Source: an uncultured Acidobacteriota bacterium
Lineage (GTDB): Bacteria; Acidobacteriota; Thermoanaerobaculia; Multivoradales; UBA5704
Assembly (NCBI GenBank): GCA_963700145.1
Contig: OY969474.1
Span: 928,001 to 992,000, forward strand
Direction of reading: 5' to 3'
DNA: 64,000 bases
A program made the translations under genes and the position numbers. The notes beneath the pieces were generated by a model. The model was given only the letters and a program-made list of their open reading frames with translations. It did no database searches and was not told the origin of the DNA. This document shows, in pieces, positions 15,525 to 28,492 of this stretch; the stretch's first letter is position 1; the number at the start of each line of letters is the position of its first letter.

Positions 15525-17222
15525 CTACTCCTGCTCGAGCGGGAAGACCTTGATCTCGACGCGCCGGTTGAGCGCGTGATTGCCCGGCTCGAGCTCCCGC
15601 TCCCAGCCGACGCCGTCCACCGAGAACTGGTTGGGCTGCAGCTTGTAACGCTTGACCAGCTCCTCCTTGACCGCGTTGGCGCGGTTCATCGACAGGTCGC
15701 GCACCGCGCCGAAGGGGATGAAGCCCTTCATCGAGGCGTCGGTGTGCCCTTCGATCGTGATGCGCGCCATCCCGAACTGGCCGGCCAGGCGCCCCACGTC
15801 CTCGAGGACCTTGGTGGAGTTGGGGTCGTAGAGCGTGCCGTCCTGGTTCTTGTAGGCGAGGTCGTAGGAGTTCGGGTAGAAGTGGATGCGCTGGATGTTG
15901 GTGAGGATCTCGGTGGCCTCGGCCTTGATCGCCGAGACCCCCTTCGGCGTGAAGGAGACGGTGTACTCGTCGCGCGAGCTGGCGTAGGGCTCGACGTTGT
16001 CGAGCGCCTTGATGAAGGAGAAGTCCATCACCTGGTCGAAGCGCACGGCGCTGCCGATCGAGCCGAGCTTCAAGTAGAGCGTGCTCGCCGTCTCCCAGTA
16101 GCGCTCGAAGTTCGTGGGGTTGTTCTGGTTGAGGAAAAAGTCCTTGTTCTCGGCGTAGTTGGTCGAGTGGGCATCGCCCAGCATCGCGGCCGCCTCGTCG
16201 GCCGGCAGGTTGTAGGCCCGGGCCATCAGCTCGGCGGCGCGGCGGCGCTTGCCTTCGTCCTTGAGCTCCTCGACGGCGTCGAGGAAGCCGCGCACGATGC
16301 CGTCGACGATTTTCGGGTTGTCGCGCACGAAGTCGGCGCGCGCGAACATGACGTCGGCGATCAGCTTGTTGGCGGTGGCGGTCGAGACCAGCAGCTTGTT
16401 GCCCGGCTGCTCGGCGAGCTTGTAGATGTCGGGCGCCCAGGAGACGCAGGCGGCGAGCTTCTTGTCGGCGTTGAAGGCGGCGGCGGCCTGGAACGCGTCC
16501 TCGGTGAAGCGGAAGTCGACCTCCGAGGGCTGGATGCCGGCGTTGATCAGGAGGTTCAGGATCAGGTAGTGCGACGGCGAGTGCTCGGCGAGGGCGATCG
16601 ACTTGCCCTTCAGGTCCGCCACCGAGCGGATGTTCTGGCGCACCACGATGCCGTCGCCGCCGTTCGACCAGTCGACCTGCAGGAAGGCACGCGGCAGGGC
16701 GCGTGAGTCGGCCTTGAGCTGCTCGTAGAAGAGCGGGATCATGTCGAGCGTCCACGCGGTTACGTGGACGTCGCCGGAGGCGAAGGCGTTGATCGAGGCC
16801 GAGGGGCTGTCGATCGTCTTGATGTCGAGCTTGAAGCCGTACTTCTTGGCGAACAGGCTGTCGGCGTTGGGCGAGGCGCCGCCGTTGGCGTAGAAGATCG
16901 GCGCCCAGCCGGCCCAGACGTTGAGCCCGACGACGACGGTGTTGTCGCGCAGCGGCTTGTAGCTCGCCGCGCCGCGCACCGGCGGCAGCCGCTGGGCCGG
17001 CACGTACTTGTACTCGGAGACGGTGGTGATGCCGGTCGTGTCCGGCGCCTCGACCTGCCCCTCCGGCAGGTCCTCCTTGCTGATCTCGCCGCCGTCCGCC
17101 TTCCCGCCCGGGAAGAGCCAGCCGCGGGCCGACCAGAGCCCCAGCGCCACCAGGCCGATGACGACCAGGACCATCAGGATCCAGGCCGCCGGCTTGAGCT
17201 TCACCTCCGAGGGTTCCGCCAT
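15525..17222 (-). CDS. NMT1/THI5/SsuA-like substrate-binding protein fused to a C-terminal OmpA-like domain
   Basis: N-terminal TM; WAGWAP, DWSNGGDGIVV, DLKGKSIA; C-terminal IHFYPNS...ITIEGHTD...LSMNRANAVK...NRRVEIKV. Confidence 0.88.
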   Translation of the reverse strand: MAEPSEVKLKPAAWILMVLVVIGLVALGLWSARGWLFPGGKADGGEISKEDLPEGQVEAPDTTGITTVSEYKYVPAQRLPPVRGAASYKPLRDNTVVVGLNVWAGWAPIFYANGGASPNADSLFAKKYGFKLDIKTIDSPSASINAFASGDVHVTAWTLDMIPLFYEQLKADSRALPRAFLQVDWSNGGDGIVVRQNIRSVADLKGKSIALAEHSPSHYLILNLLINAGIQPSEVDFRFTEDAFQAAAAFNADKKLAACVSWAPDIYKLAEQPGNKLLVSTATANKLIADVMFARADFVRDNPKIVDGIVRGFLDAVEELKDEGKRRRAAELMARAYNLPADEAAAMLGDAHSTNYAENKDFFLNQNNPTNFERYWETASTLYLKLGSIGSAVRFDQVMDFSFIKALDNVEPYASSRDEYTVSFTPKGVSAIKAEATEILTNIQRIHFYPNSYDLAYKNQDGTLYDPNSTKVLEDVGRLAGQFGMARITIEGHTDASMKGFIPFGAVRDLSMNRANAVKEELVKRYKLQPNQFSVDGVGWERELEPGNHALNRRVEIKVFPLEQE

Positions 17223-17295
17223 CGATCGAGCCTCCGAGAAGAGGGTTGGAACGGCAGCGGCGGATTATGGCACGGCGGGCCGCCGGGCCGCGGGC

Positions 17296-18057
17296 CTAGG
17301 AAGTGGCCGTGCCGGGCGGGAGGATCAGGCGCTGGAGCAGCAGGGTGTCGATGTCGAGGTTCGGGTTGGTCTGGCTGCAGTCGATGGCGCCGTTGCAGCA
17401 GTTCTCGGCGTACTGCCAGAGGAGGATGTCGCAGGGCAGGGGGACGCTGGGGGCGACGATCGTCTCGTCCCAGTCGGCCATGGTGCAGCTGCCGGAGTAG
17501 TACCGCGCGACCCAGGCGCCTTGGCAGGCGATGCCCTGGCCGGCGGCCTGGCTCAAGACGTCCCAGGTCGCGTTGTCACCCTGCCGGGCGTAGGCGCAGG
17601 GGAGGACCTCGACGCGGCCGCCGGAGGCGGCGCGGCTGTGCTCGCCGAGGGTCTGCGCCCAGCCCGTCCAGTAGTCGAGGCCCAGCGAGGGGCTTCCCGA
17701 CGAGGGGGTGCCCTCGATGTCGAGGAACATCAGGAATTCGCTCCCGAGCGACGCCAGGTAGTCGGCGCCGAAGCTGTCGAAGAGGTCGTCGACGTTGCCC
17801 TGGGCATCGGACGTTCCCTGCGCCGTCGAGCCGGCGGTGTCCTTGGTCTGCCGGGCGACGGGCAGCAGGCGGATCCCGTACTGCGCCAACACCGGGTTCT
17901 CTTGCGCGTGCCGGTACTCGACGGTGCCGCTGGTCGTCGGGCTCGTGAAGTAGCGCCCCCACACCGCCGGCGTGCGGCCGAAGAGCGCGGCGGCCGACTG
18001 GACCATGCTGGCGGTGACGGGAGAGGAGCTGTCGGCTCCGGGGAGGCCTTGCGCCAT
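17296..18057 (-). CDS. DUF1906/GH25-like glycoside hydrolase (putative muramidase fold)
   Basis: GADSS, WGRYF, GTSDA, MFLDIEG, LLWQYAEN, IDC; fits a TIM-barrel GH25-like pattern. Confidence 0.65.
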   Translation of the reverse strand: MAQGLPGADSSSPVTASMVQSAAALFGRTPAVWGRYFTSPTTSGTVEYRHAQENPVLAQYGIRLLPVARQTKDTAGSTAQGTSDAQGNVDDLFDSFGADYLASLGSEFLMFLDIEGTPSSGSPSLGLDYWTGWAQTLGEHSRAASGGRVEVLPCAYARQGDNATWDVLSQAAGQGIACQGAWVARYYSGSCTMADWDETIVAPSVPLPCDILLWQYAENCCNGAIDCSQTNPNLDIDTLLLQRLILPPGTATS

Positions 18058-18219
18058 GAGCGCGGCGAATTATGGCACGCGGGGCAGGATACGAGGTGGA
18101 GATTGAGGCGGTAGGCTGGCGATCCAGGCCCTTTGACGGGCGGTAGGGCTTCTTGGGCCGGCGATCCGCTGGTTCTGCCGGCGACTGCATGGCTTCGCGC
18201 AGCGAGCCTACTGCTCGCC

Positions 18220-18449
18220 TGGTGAATGGACGAATTCTTCGGACGAATGGGCCAGGTACGCGGACGAATGGAATCGGTACGCCGCGTACCTGGCCCATTC
18301 GCCGCCAAACTGGCCCATTCGTCGGCCTACCTAGCCCATTCGCCGCCGTACCCAGCCCAATCGTCGCCGTACCTGTACCATCGCTGCCGTACCTGTCCCA
18401 TTCGTCGCTGTACCTGGCCCAATCGCCCATCCATCTGCGCCATTCGCTG
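18220..18449. repeat. Degenerate 20-21-bp tandem repeat array in two opposing blocks
   Basis: 2-3 units like GGACGAATGGGCCAGGTACGC (18220-18282), then 8 units of the reverse complement, consensus CCGTACCTGGCCCATTCGYCG (18284-18449). Confidence 0.85.
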
Positions 18450-18469
18450 GCCCAGACCCTGGCTGGATG

Positions 18470-18592
18470 CCGATATCTTGCCGACGTTCACGCCACAGAG
18501 CGCGAAAAGATCGGGCGAGAGCTACGACAAGCTGATGCGGCGCCTTTCCCACGTACGGGCGGCAGGTCCCTATTCGCGGGAATGAGAACGGA
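18470..18592 (+). pseudogene. Possible antitoxin C-terminal remnant
   Basis: SYDKLMRRLSHVRAAGPYSRE* resembles the ...GPF(T/S)RDE..ER tails of small VapB-like antitoxins. No intact N-terminus. Confidence 0.3.
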
Positions 18593-18594
18593 CC

Positions 18595-22164
<3,570 letters not shown>

Positions 22165-22211
22165 GCCCGGTGTGCTCTGCCGGAAGATGGTATCACCCCG
22201 GAGGGCGGGCG

Positions 22212-22778
22212 CTACGTCGCGACGGTGTTTTTGGCTACGTCCGAACGGCTGTAGCGGCGCAGGTAATCGAGGCTGGAGAGGAGGGTGAAGGCGGCGACCG
22301 CGTAGATCATGGTCTCGGCGATCGGCGCGAGGTCGGGCCAGAGGTCGGAGCCCAGGATGAGGGCCACGGCGGCCACCTGGAGGACGGTCGTCACCTTGCT
22401 CAGCAGCGAGGGCGGGAAGCGCTTGATGTCCGAGGCCAGGTAGAAGATCAGCGCCACCGTCACCAGCAGGAAGTCGCGGGCGATGACCAGCACGGTCACC
22501 CAGATCGGGATCTTGACCGCCGTGGCCAGGCTGGGGATCGACAGCACCACCCAGGCCGAGACCAGCAGCAGCTTGTCGGCGATCGGGTCGAGGTAGGCGC
22601 CGAGGAGGGAGCGCTGGTTCCAGAAGCGGGCGATGAAGCCGTCGAGCGCGTCGGTCACGCCCGCCGCCACGAAGATCAGCAGCGCGCGCGCCACATGGCC
22701 GTCCAGCACCTCGATGATGAAGAGCGGCACCAGCGCCATCCGCACCAACGTCAGGACGTTGGGAATCGTCAGCTTCAT
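22212..22778 (-). CDS. CDP-alcohol phosphatidyltransferase (PgsA-like)
   Basis: TIPNVLTLVR, TDALDGFIAR...LGAYLDPIADKLL. Confidence 0.92.
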   Translation of the reverse strand: MKLTIPNVLTLVRMALVPLFIIEVLDGHVARALLIFVAAGVTDALDGFIARFWNQRSLLGAYLDPIADKLLLVSAWVVLSIPSLATAVKIPIWVTVLVIARDFLLVTVALIFYLASDIKRFPPSLLSKVTTVLQVAAVALILGSDLWPDLAPIAETMIYAVAAFTLLSSLDYLRRYSRSDVAKNTVAT

Positions 22779-24172
22779 GCGCTCCCCAGGACGAGGAGGG
22801 CGCGGCGGATCAGCTCGACCGCCTCGGCGCCGGAGAGCGGCGCGCTGGCCCGGCACTCCGCGGCGGCGTCGTCGAGCAGCCCGCAGGCCGCCGCGCGATC
22901 GCAGAGCGCGGAGCCGGGCGGGTCGGCGCCCCCGGCGGCAACGCAGGGGGCTTGGCGCTCGAAGAGCCAGAGCGTGCGCCAGAGGGCGCGCAGCGCGGTG
23001 CCGCGAGTGACCCGGCTGTTCGGGAAGACCTTGTGCACGCGCGGATCGACGTCGAGGAGGCCGAGGTTCACCGCCCGCACCAGCTCCTCGCGCTGCGGGT
23101 GGCCGAGGACGTCGGTGGCGATGCGCCCCGACGCCGGGCGGGCGTGCCGCACCTCCGGCACCAGCCAGTAGAGGAGCACGGCGAGCTGGGCGCGGGTCAG
23201 CTCGGGCAGTGCGGCCGTCGCCTGCACTCCCGGAGGCAGCAGCGACAGCCGCCAGCGGAACTTGGCGGCGTCGAGCTTGGCGGCGAGCGCCGCGTCGCCC
23301 GGGTTGCGGCGCGCCAGCTCCTGCACGAGCTCCAGCCCCTTGCTCGGGTCGCCCACCTCCAGCTCGAGCTCCGCCCGCCGCTCGGCGAGCCGCCGGTCCT
23401 CGGGGCGGCGCGCGGCCAGCGGCTCGACCGCGGCGAGCTCGGCTTTCGGGTCGCGGCGCGCCACCGCCACCTGGCGCGCCGCCTCGAAGGTCAGCTCCTC
23501 GGCCGGCCCCCACTCGCGCAGGCGCGCCAGCTGCGCCTCGGCCCCGGCGACGTCGCCGGCGCGCAGCGCCTCCTCCACCCGGTTGGCGGTGATCTCGAGG
23601 GCGCGCGTGTGCAGTGCGCCGGTGCGCTCGAAGGCCGCCCGTACGCGCGGGGCGACGGCGCGGTAGGCTGCGTAGGCGACGGGCAGGTCGCCGAGCTTTT
23701 CGGCCGCCCGCCCGAGGAGGAGCTGCGCCGCGACGTAGGTCGGATGGCGGGCGGCGATCGGGGCCAGGCGCGACACCGCCTCACGGTGGCGGCCGCGCGC
23801 GAAGTCCACCTGGGCCAGCAGCACGTGCGCGGGAGCGAAGTCGGGGTCGGCCGCGAGAAGGTCGTTCGCGGTCTCCTCGACCCCTTCGACCATGCCGGCC
23901 GCGAGCAGGCTCTCGTGCGCCTGGCTCAGCAACCGCTGGGTCGCCGCATCGCCCGCGGAGGGGGCGCCGACGACCGGGTCGACCAGGAACTGCCGGTCCT
24001 GCGCCGGCAGGTCGAGCGGCCGCGGCACCGGGCGCGGGGGCGCCGGCGCCGGCTGGCCCGCGCACGCGGCGAGCAAGGCTGTGAGCAGGAGGAGCGCTGG
24101 CCCGGCTCGCCGGCCGGGACGGAGAGCCCTAGGAGCCCTGCGGGGGCGCCGCGGCAAGAGTCGCGATCGCAT
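22775..24172 (-). CDS. TPR-containing lipoprotein with C-terminal SLH-like region
   Basis: Lipobox LLAAC, TPR-like helices, TRAQLAVLL...TDVLGHP...FPNSRVTRG. Confidence 0.65.
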   Translation of the reverse strand: MRSRLLPRRPRRAPRALRPGRRAGPALLLLTALLAACAGQPAPAPPRPVPRPLDLPAQDRQFLVDPVVGAPSAGDAATQRLLSQAHESLLAAGMVEGVEETANDLLAADPDFAPAHVLLAQVDFARGRHREAVSRLAPIAARHPTYVAAQLLLGRAAEKLGDLPVAYAAYRAVAPRVRAAFERTGALHTRALEITANRVEEALRAGDVAGAEAQLARLREWGPAEELTFEAARQVAVARRDPKAELAAVEPLAARRPEDRRLAERRAELELEVGDPSKGLELVQELARRNPGDAALAAKLDAAKFRWRLSLLPPGVQATAALPELTRAQLAVLLYWLVPEVRHARPASGRIATDVLGHPQREELVRAVNLGLLDVDPRVHKVFPNSRVTRGTALRALWRTLWLFERQAPCVAAGGADPPGSALCDRAAACGLLDDAAAECRASAPLSGAEAVELIRRALLVLGSA

Positions 24173-24347
24173 GCTTGTAGACGAGAACCTCTTTGCCGTC
24201 GCTCTCCAGCACCACGGCGAAACGGTCGAAGCGCTTCAACCGGCCGAGGAGACTACGGCCGGTGATCAGCTCAAGGTACATCGGCTGCCCTTCCTTGAGG
24301 CTCTGGAAGAGATAGCCGTCCTGGATGTTGATGTTGTGCTTAGGCAT
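24129..24347 (-). CDS. hfq: RNA chaperone Hfq
   Basis: NIQDGYL...GRLKRFDRFAVVL...LVYKHAIAT; canonical position after miaA. Confidence 0.88.
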   Translation of the reverse strand: MPKHNINIQDGYLFQSLKEGQPMYLELITGRSLLGRLKRFDRFAVVLESDGKEVLVYKHAIATLAAAPPQGS

Positions 24348-25284
24348 GGGCCCTCCCACGACCGCTGGACACGACGACAAGCTCGACGACTTCAGGGATC
24401 CGGGCGTCCGGATCCTGGGCCTCAAACCAGGTCACATCGGGCTCCTTGCGGAACCAGGTCTCCTGCCGCTTCGCGAAGCGGCGGGTCGCCTGGATCGTCT
24501 CGGCGACCGCCTGGTCGAGGGGCCACTCACCGAGCACGTGGCGGGCGAGCTGTCGGTACCCGATGGCTTGGAACGCGGTCTGCTCGGCTCCACCTCGCGC
24601 CAGCAACCCGGCCACCTCGTCCACCCAGCCCCGCTCCACCATCCGCAGGACGCGGTCTGCGATGCGACTGTATAGGACGGGTCGCGGCAGCGTCAATCCG
24701 ATTCGCGTCGCCGAAAGTCGTTCCTTTCCGAAGGGTTGGCGCGATATCCACGCCGCCAGCGGCGCGCCCGAAACGAGCGCCACTTCGAGGGCGCGGAGGA
24801 CGCGCTGCGTGTCGCCCGGCGCGAGGCGCGCGGCGGTCTCCGGGTCGCGCCGCGCCAGCTCGGCGGCGAGCGCCGGCAACCCTTCGTCGGCCAGCCGCTC
24901 GCGCAACGCGCGGCGCGTCGCCGGGTCGCCGGGCGGCACCGCGCTGATCCCCTCGATCAGCGCCCGCAGGTAGAGGCCGCTGCCGCCGACGACGATGGGC
25001 AGCCGGCCGCGGCCTTCGATCTCGGCGATCGCCGCCCGTGCCCGGCGCGCGAACTCCCCCGCCGACCAGCGCTCGTGCGGCTCGAGCAGGTCGAGCAGGT
25101 GGTGCGGCACCCGCCGCCGCTCCTCCGCGCTCGGCTTGGCGGTGCCGATGTCGAAGCCGCGGTAGACCTGGAGCGCGTCGGCGTTGAGGATCTCGCCGTC
25201 GAGCCGCTCGGCGAGCGCCAGGGCCAGCGCGCTCTTGCCGGTGGCGGTGGCACCGACGATGGCGACGAAGGGGCGGGAGGTCAT
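24340..25284 (-). CDS. miaA: tRNA dimethylallyltransferase
   Basis: GATATGKS, DALQVYRGFDIGTAKP, VGGSGLY, AIGY, TRRFAKRQETWF. Confidence 0.97.
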   Translation of the reverse strand: MTSRPFVAIVGATATGKSALALALAERLDGEILNADALQVYRGFDIGTAKPSAEERRRVPHHLLDLLEPHERWSAGEFARRARAAIAEIEGRGRLPIVVGGSGLYLRALIEGISAVPPGDPATRRALRERLADEGLPALAAELARRDPETAARLAPGDTQRVLRALEVALVSGAPLAAWISRQPFGKERLSATRIGLTLPRPVLYSRIADRVLRMVERGWVDEVAGLLARGGAEQTAFQAIGYRQLARHVLGEWPLDQAVAETIQATRRFAKRQETWFRKEPDVTWFEAQDPDARIPEVVELVVVSSGRGRAHA

Positions 25285-25316
25285 AGGGATGGGCAGAGTA
25301 ATCGAAGAGGCCGCGC

Positions 25317-25354
25317 TGTCATCCCGAGCGAGAGCGAGGGATCTGGGCGGGGGG
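25317..25354. repeat. REP-like repeat, copy 3
   Basis: TGTCATCCCGAGCGAGAGCGAGGGATCTGGGCGGGGGG. Confidence 0.85.
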
Positions 25355-25362
25355 CGGCGCGA

Positions 25363-27549
25363 CTACTCAGCGTTCCGCGGAAAGCCCGGCAGATCGATGC
25401 GCAATCGTCCCGCGCCTTCTACCCGCACCCGGATCATTCCGTGCCGGTCGGTGCGCAGCGTCGGGATCCGGCGCTCCGCGAGTCGCTCCAGCACCACGCT
25501 CGACGGGTGGTGGTAAGGGTTGTCGGGGCCGGCGGAGATGAGGGCAAGTCGCGGGCGGACGGCGTCGAGGAAGGCCTCGGTCGAGGAGGTGCGGCTGCCA
25601 TGGTGGGCGACCTTCAGCACGTCGGCGCGCAGGTGTTTACCGTGCCGCGCGAGGAGGCCGTGCTCGGCCCAGGCTTCGACATCGCCGGAGAGCAGCACGC
25701 GCGCCCCCTCCGCCTCGGCGAGCAGCACGAGCGAGCGGTCGTTGTCGCCGCGGCGCTCCCCCACCGGCGGGTGAAGCGCGGTGAGGCGCCAGCGGCCGAC
25801 CGTGCGCCGCTCGCCTGCCCAGAGGAGGCGGAGCGCGGCGCCGGGGACGGCGAGGAGGTCACCGGCGCAGCCGGCCGCCTCCCAGCCTTCGCCCATCCAG
25901 ACCTCGCGCACCGGGAGGTAGGCGGCGATATCCACTAGCCCTCGGCAATGATCGCGATCGGGATGAGTCATCACCACGGCATCCAACCGGCGGATGCCTT
26001 CGGCCGCGAGCGCCGGCAGGAGGACCCGGCCGCCAAGGTCGCCGCGCTCCCAGCCGCCGCCGTCCACGAGGACGGCACGGCGGCCATCGCGCAGCAGGAT
26101 CGCGTCCCCCTGGCCGACGTCGATGAGCGCCATTTCCGGAACGTCGTGGCCGGGGGACGAAGGGCGCGCCGAGACCGCCGCCACAGGCACCGAGAGCCAG
26201 ACGTCGGGCCGCACCTGCGCCGGCCAGCCGAACGGCGCGGCGAGGAGGTCGAGGGCCGGCAGCGCCGCCGCCGCGAGCGCGGGCGCGGCGAGCGCCAGCG
26301 CCGTCCAGAGGAGGGAACCAACGAGGGCGACGGCGGTCCAGGGAACGGCGGCGAGGTTGGCGAGCGGCGCGCCGAGCGTGAGCTGGTGGACGAGCGGCAG
26401 CGACCAGGGGAGCGAGGCGAGCTGCGCGGCGACGCTCGCGGCGAGAGGCACGCGCAAGAGGGCCGGCAGGAGCCGCCAGCGCGCGGCGAGGAGCGGCGCC
26501 AGCAGCAGGAGCCCGGCGGTGGCCGAGACGGTGAGCTGGAAGGAGGGGTCCGCGACGACCGCCGGCTTCTGGAGGACGAGAAGGACGACCGCCCAGCCGA
26601 GGGCGTTGGCCGGCGCCGGCGGCCGCTCGGCGAGCAGCGCGGCGACGGCGAGGAGCGCCATCACCGCCGAGCGCACGAGCGGCGCGAGCGGTCCGACGAG
26701 GAGCAGGTAGCCGGCGAGCGCCGGCAGGAGGAGCGCGAGGCGCGCCCGTCGCGGCAGCCAGGCGCCGGCCAGGAACACCGCGCCGGCCAGCAGCGCGAGG
26801 TGGAGCCCGGAGACCGAGAGGACGTGCGACACGCCCGCCACCCGCAGCCCCCGCTTCCACGCCAGCGGCACGGCCGAGGCGTCCCCGAGCACGAGAGCGC
26901 GGGCCAGCGCCTTGCCGCTGGTCTCGCGGCCGGCGGTGGCGAAGGCCCGCTCCGCGCGTTGCCGCACGCGCCCCGACAGCGCCGCCATCGCACCGGGTGG
27001 TGACTCCTCGCGCAGCAGGAGACGGCTCTTCAGGCGCAGCCGCCAGGGCCCAGGCGGCACGCGCGCCGCATTGGCGAAGCCGGGCGAGCGGCGGAGGTAG
27101 CCCTTGGCACGCAGCGTCGCGCCTAACGGCGGTGGCTCCTCGTCGTCCGGCAGATGCAAGACGAGGTCGAACGGAACGGCGGCGACCCGCTCACCCTGCC
27201 GCCAGTGCAACGCCCGAGCGGGCGCCGTCCACCCCTCGTCATCGCGCGCCCAGTGGCCGGCCACCCGCGCCACCAGCTCCACCGGCCGCCCGCGGTCGAG
27301 CCCCGCCGGCGCTCCTTCCGGCAGTCCCGCATCAACCGTCGCAACAGCGAGCCCGATCGCGAAGGCCGCCAAGCACCACCCGGCGCGCCGCCCGAAAGCA
27401 ACGCCGAGCGCCGCCAACGCCACGAGAAGCGGCACCGATACCCAAACGAGCCGGAAGGCGAGGTCAGCCCCCACCGCCAGCGCCGCCGCCGGCAGCAGCA
27501 TCGGCGCGTTGCGCAGGTCGAAACGTCCGGCAGGAACCAGTGGCTCCAC
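25363..27549 (-). CDS. comEC: DNA uptake channel ComEC/Rec2
   Basis: HVLSVSGLHL, VRSAVM, SFQLT, metallo-beta-lactamase DVGQGDA, THPDRDH, KVAHHGS. Confidence 0.92.
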   Translation of the reverse strand: MEPLVPAGRFDLRNAPMLLPAAALAVGADLAFRLVWVSVPLLVALAALGVAFGRRAGWCLAAFAIGLAVATVDAGLPEGAPAGLDRGRPVELVARVAGHWARDDEGWTAPARALHWRQGERVAAVPFDLVLHLPDDEEPPPLGATLRAKGYLRRSPGFANAARVPPGPWRLRLKSRLLLREESPPGAMAALSGRVRQRAERAFATAGRETSGKALARALVLGDASAVPLAWKRGLRVAGVSHVLSVSGLHLALLAGAVFLAGAWLPRRARLALLLPALAGYLLLVGPLAPLVRSAVMALLAVAALLAERPPAPANALGWAVVLLVLQKPAVVADPSFQLTVSATAGLLLLAPLLAARWRLLPALLRVPLAASVAAQLASLPWSLPLVHQLTLGAPLANLAAVPWTAVALVGSLLWTALALAAPALAAAALPALDLLAAPFGWPAQVRPDVWLSVPVAAVSARPSSPGHDVPEMALIDVGQGDAILLRDGRRAVLVDGGGWERGDLGGRVLLPALAAEGIRRLDAVVMTHPDRDHCRGLVDIAAYLPVREVWMGEGWEAAGCAGDLLAVPGAALRLLWAGERRTVGRWRLTALHPPVGERRGDNDRSLVLLAEAEGARVLLSGDVEAWAEHGLLARHGKHLRADVLKVAHHGSRTSSTEAFLDAVRPRLALISAGPDNPYHHPSSVVLERLAERRIPTLRTDRHGMIRVRVEGAGRLRIDLPGFPRNAE

Positions 27550-27594
27550 ACCGGTAGAGACGGAAAAGCCCCGCTAGAACCTGGCAACAACGGA

Positions 27595-27758
27595 GGGTCG
27601 GGCCGGGTGCTCCCGGCCGGGGAGCTCTCCGCAAGCGCCGGCAACCCCCGCCGCAGTCCACCGCCGACCCGGCGCGCAGCGGAGCGCAGGCGCGCGCCCA
27701 CCCCCGGCATTCCACAAGGCGCGCGCCGGTCCCCGGGCGGGAGCACCCGGCCCGACCC
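27595..27758. repeat. MITE/REPIN-like element with 29-bp terminal inverted repeats
   Basis: GGGTCGGGCCGGGTGCTCCCGGCCGGGGA (27595-27623) pairs with TCCCCGGGCGGGAGCACCCGGCCCGACCC (27730-27758), one mismatch. Confidence 0.7.
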
Positions 27759-27774
27759 GGGCCCCGCGCCGATA

Positions 27775-27812
27775 CCCCCCGTCCAGATCCCTCGCTCTCG
27801 CTCGGGATGACA
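27775..27812. repeat. REP-like repeat, copy 4 (inverted relative to copy 3)
   Basis: 27783-27812 is the exact reverse complement of 25317-25346. Confidence 0.88.
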
Positions 27813-27827
27813 AGGGAGGGATGTTCG

Positions 27828-28492
27828 TCAGCCGCCCTGGGCTTCCGGCGAGAAGAGCGACAACACCGGCAGGCGCAGTCGCCTGCGGAGGAACTGGCGG
27901 CGGAGGCGATCGCGAGCGCTGGCGAGGTCTTCTGGAGGGAGCCGGGCGGCGAGGGTGGCGAGAGTCGAATCGACCGCCGCCTCCAGCTCCGCGCTCGCGT
28001 TCTCGTCGAGGCCGGCGGCGGCGGCTTGCAGCAGCTCGCGGTCGAGCTCGGAGAGAGCGGCCTCGACCTCCTCGGATTCCCCCTCCAGCCCGCGCAGGCG
28101 CGCTTCTAGCTCGTCGCGCCCGGCGATCCCCGCCGGCAGCGCCGCCGCCAGGGCAGTCAGACGCGGCGCCACCTCGAGCGGCTCGGCGTCCGTGCGCCGC
28201 CCGGGCGCGGTGAGCTGCTGCACCTCCTCCCAGGCCGCTTCGACCGCCGGCTTGCAGTAGCGGAGGCTGTTGATCCGGCCCTTCGCGCCGCGCTCGCGGC
28301 GGCGGGCGAAGACCTCCTCCAGCACGCGCTGCACCAGCGGCAGCGGCACCCCGTCGCGATGCCAGCGGCGGGCCACCTGCCAGTCGGCCGGCGACAGCAG
28401 CAGCGGCGCGCCGCGCAGCCGCACGAACGTCTCCTCGATGGCCTGGAAGTAGGCTTGATCGGCCTCGGCCTCGGTGTCCGCCTCGCCGTCGC

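Noticed and set aside
18090-18190. KKPYRPSKGL, reminiscent of a RiPP (lasso) leader motif, on the minus strand
   Set aside because: No discrete small ORF, no YxxPxL match, and no maturation genes nearby.
18220-18449. Possible CRISPR array
   Set aside because: Units are contiguous and degenerate with no unique spacers, and there are no cas genes in the window.
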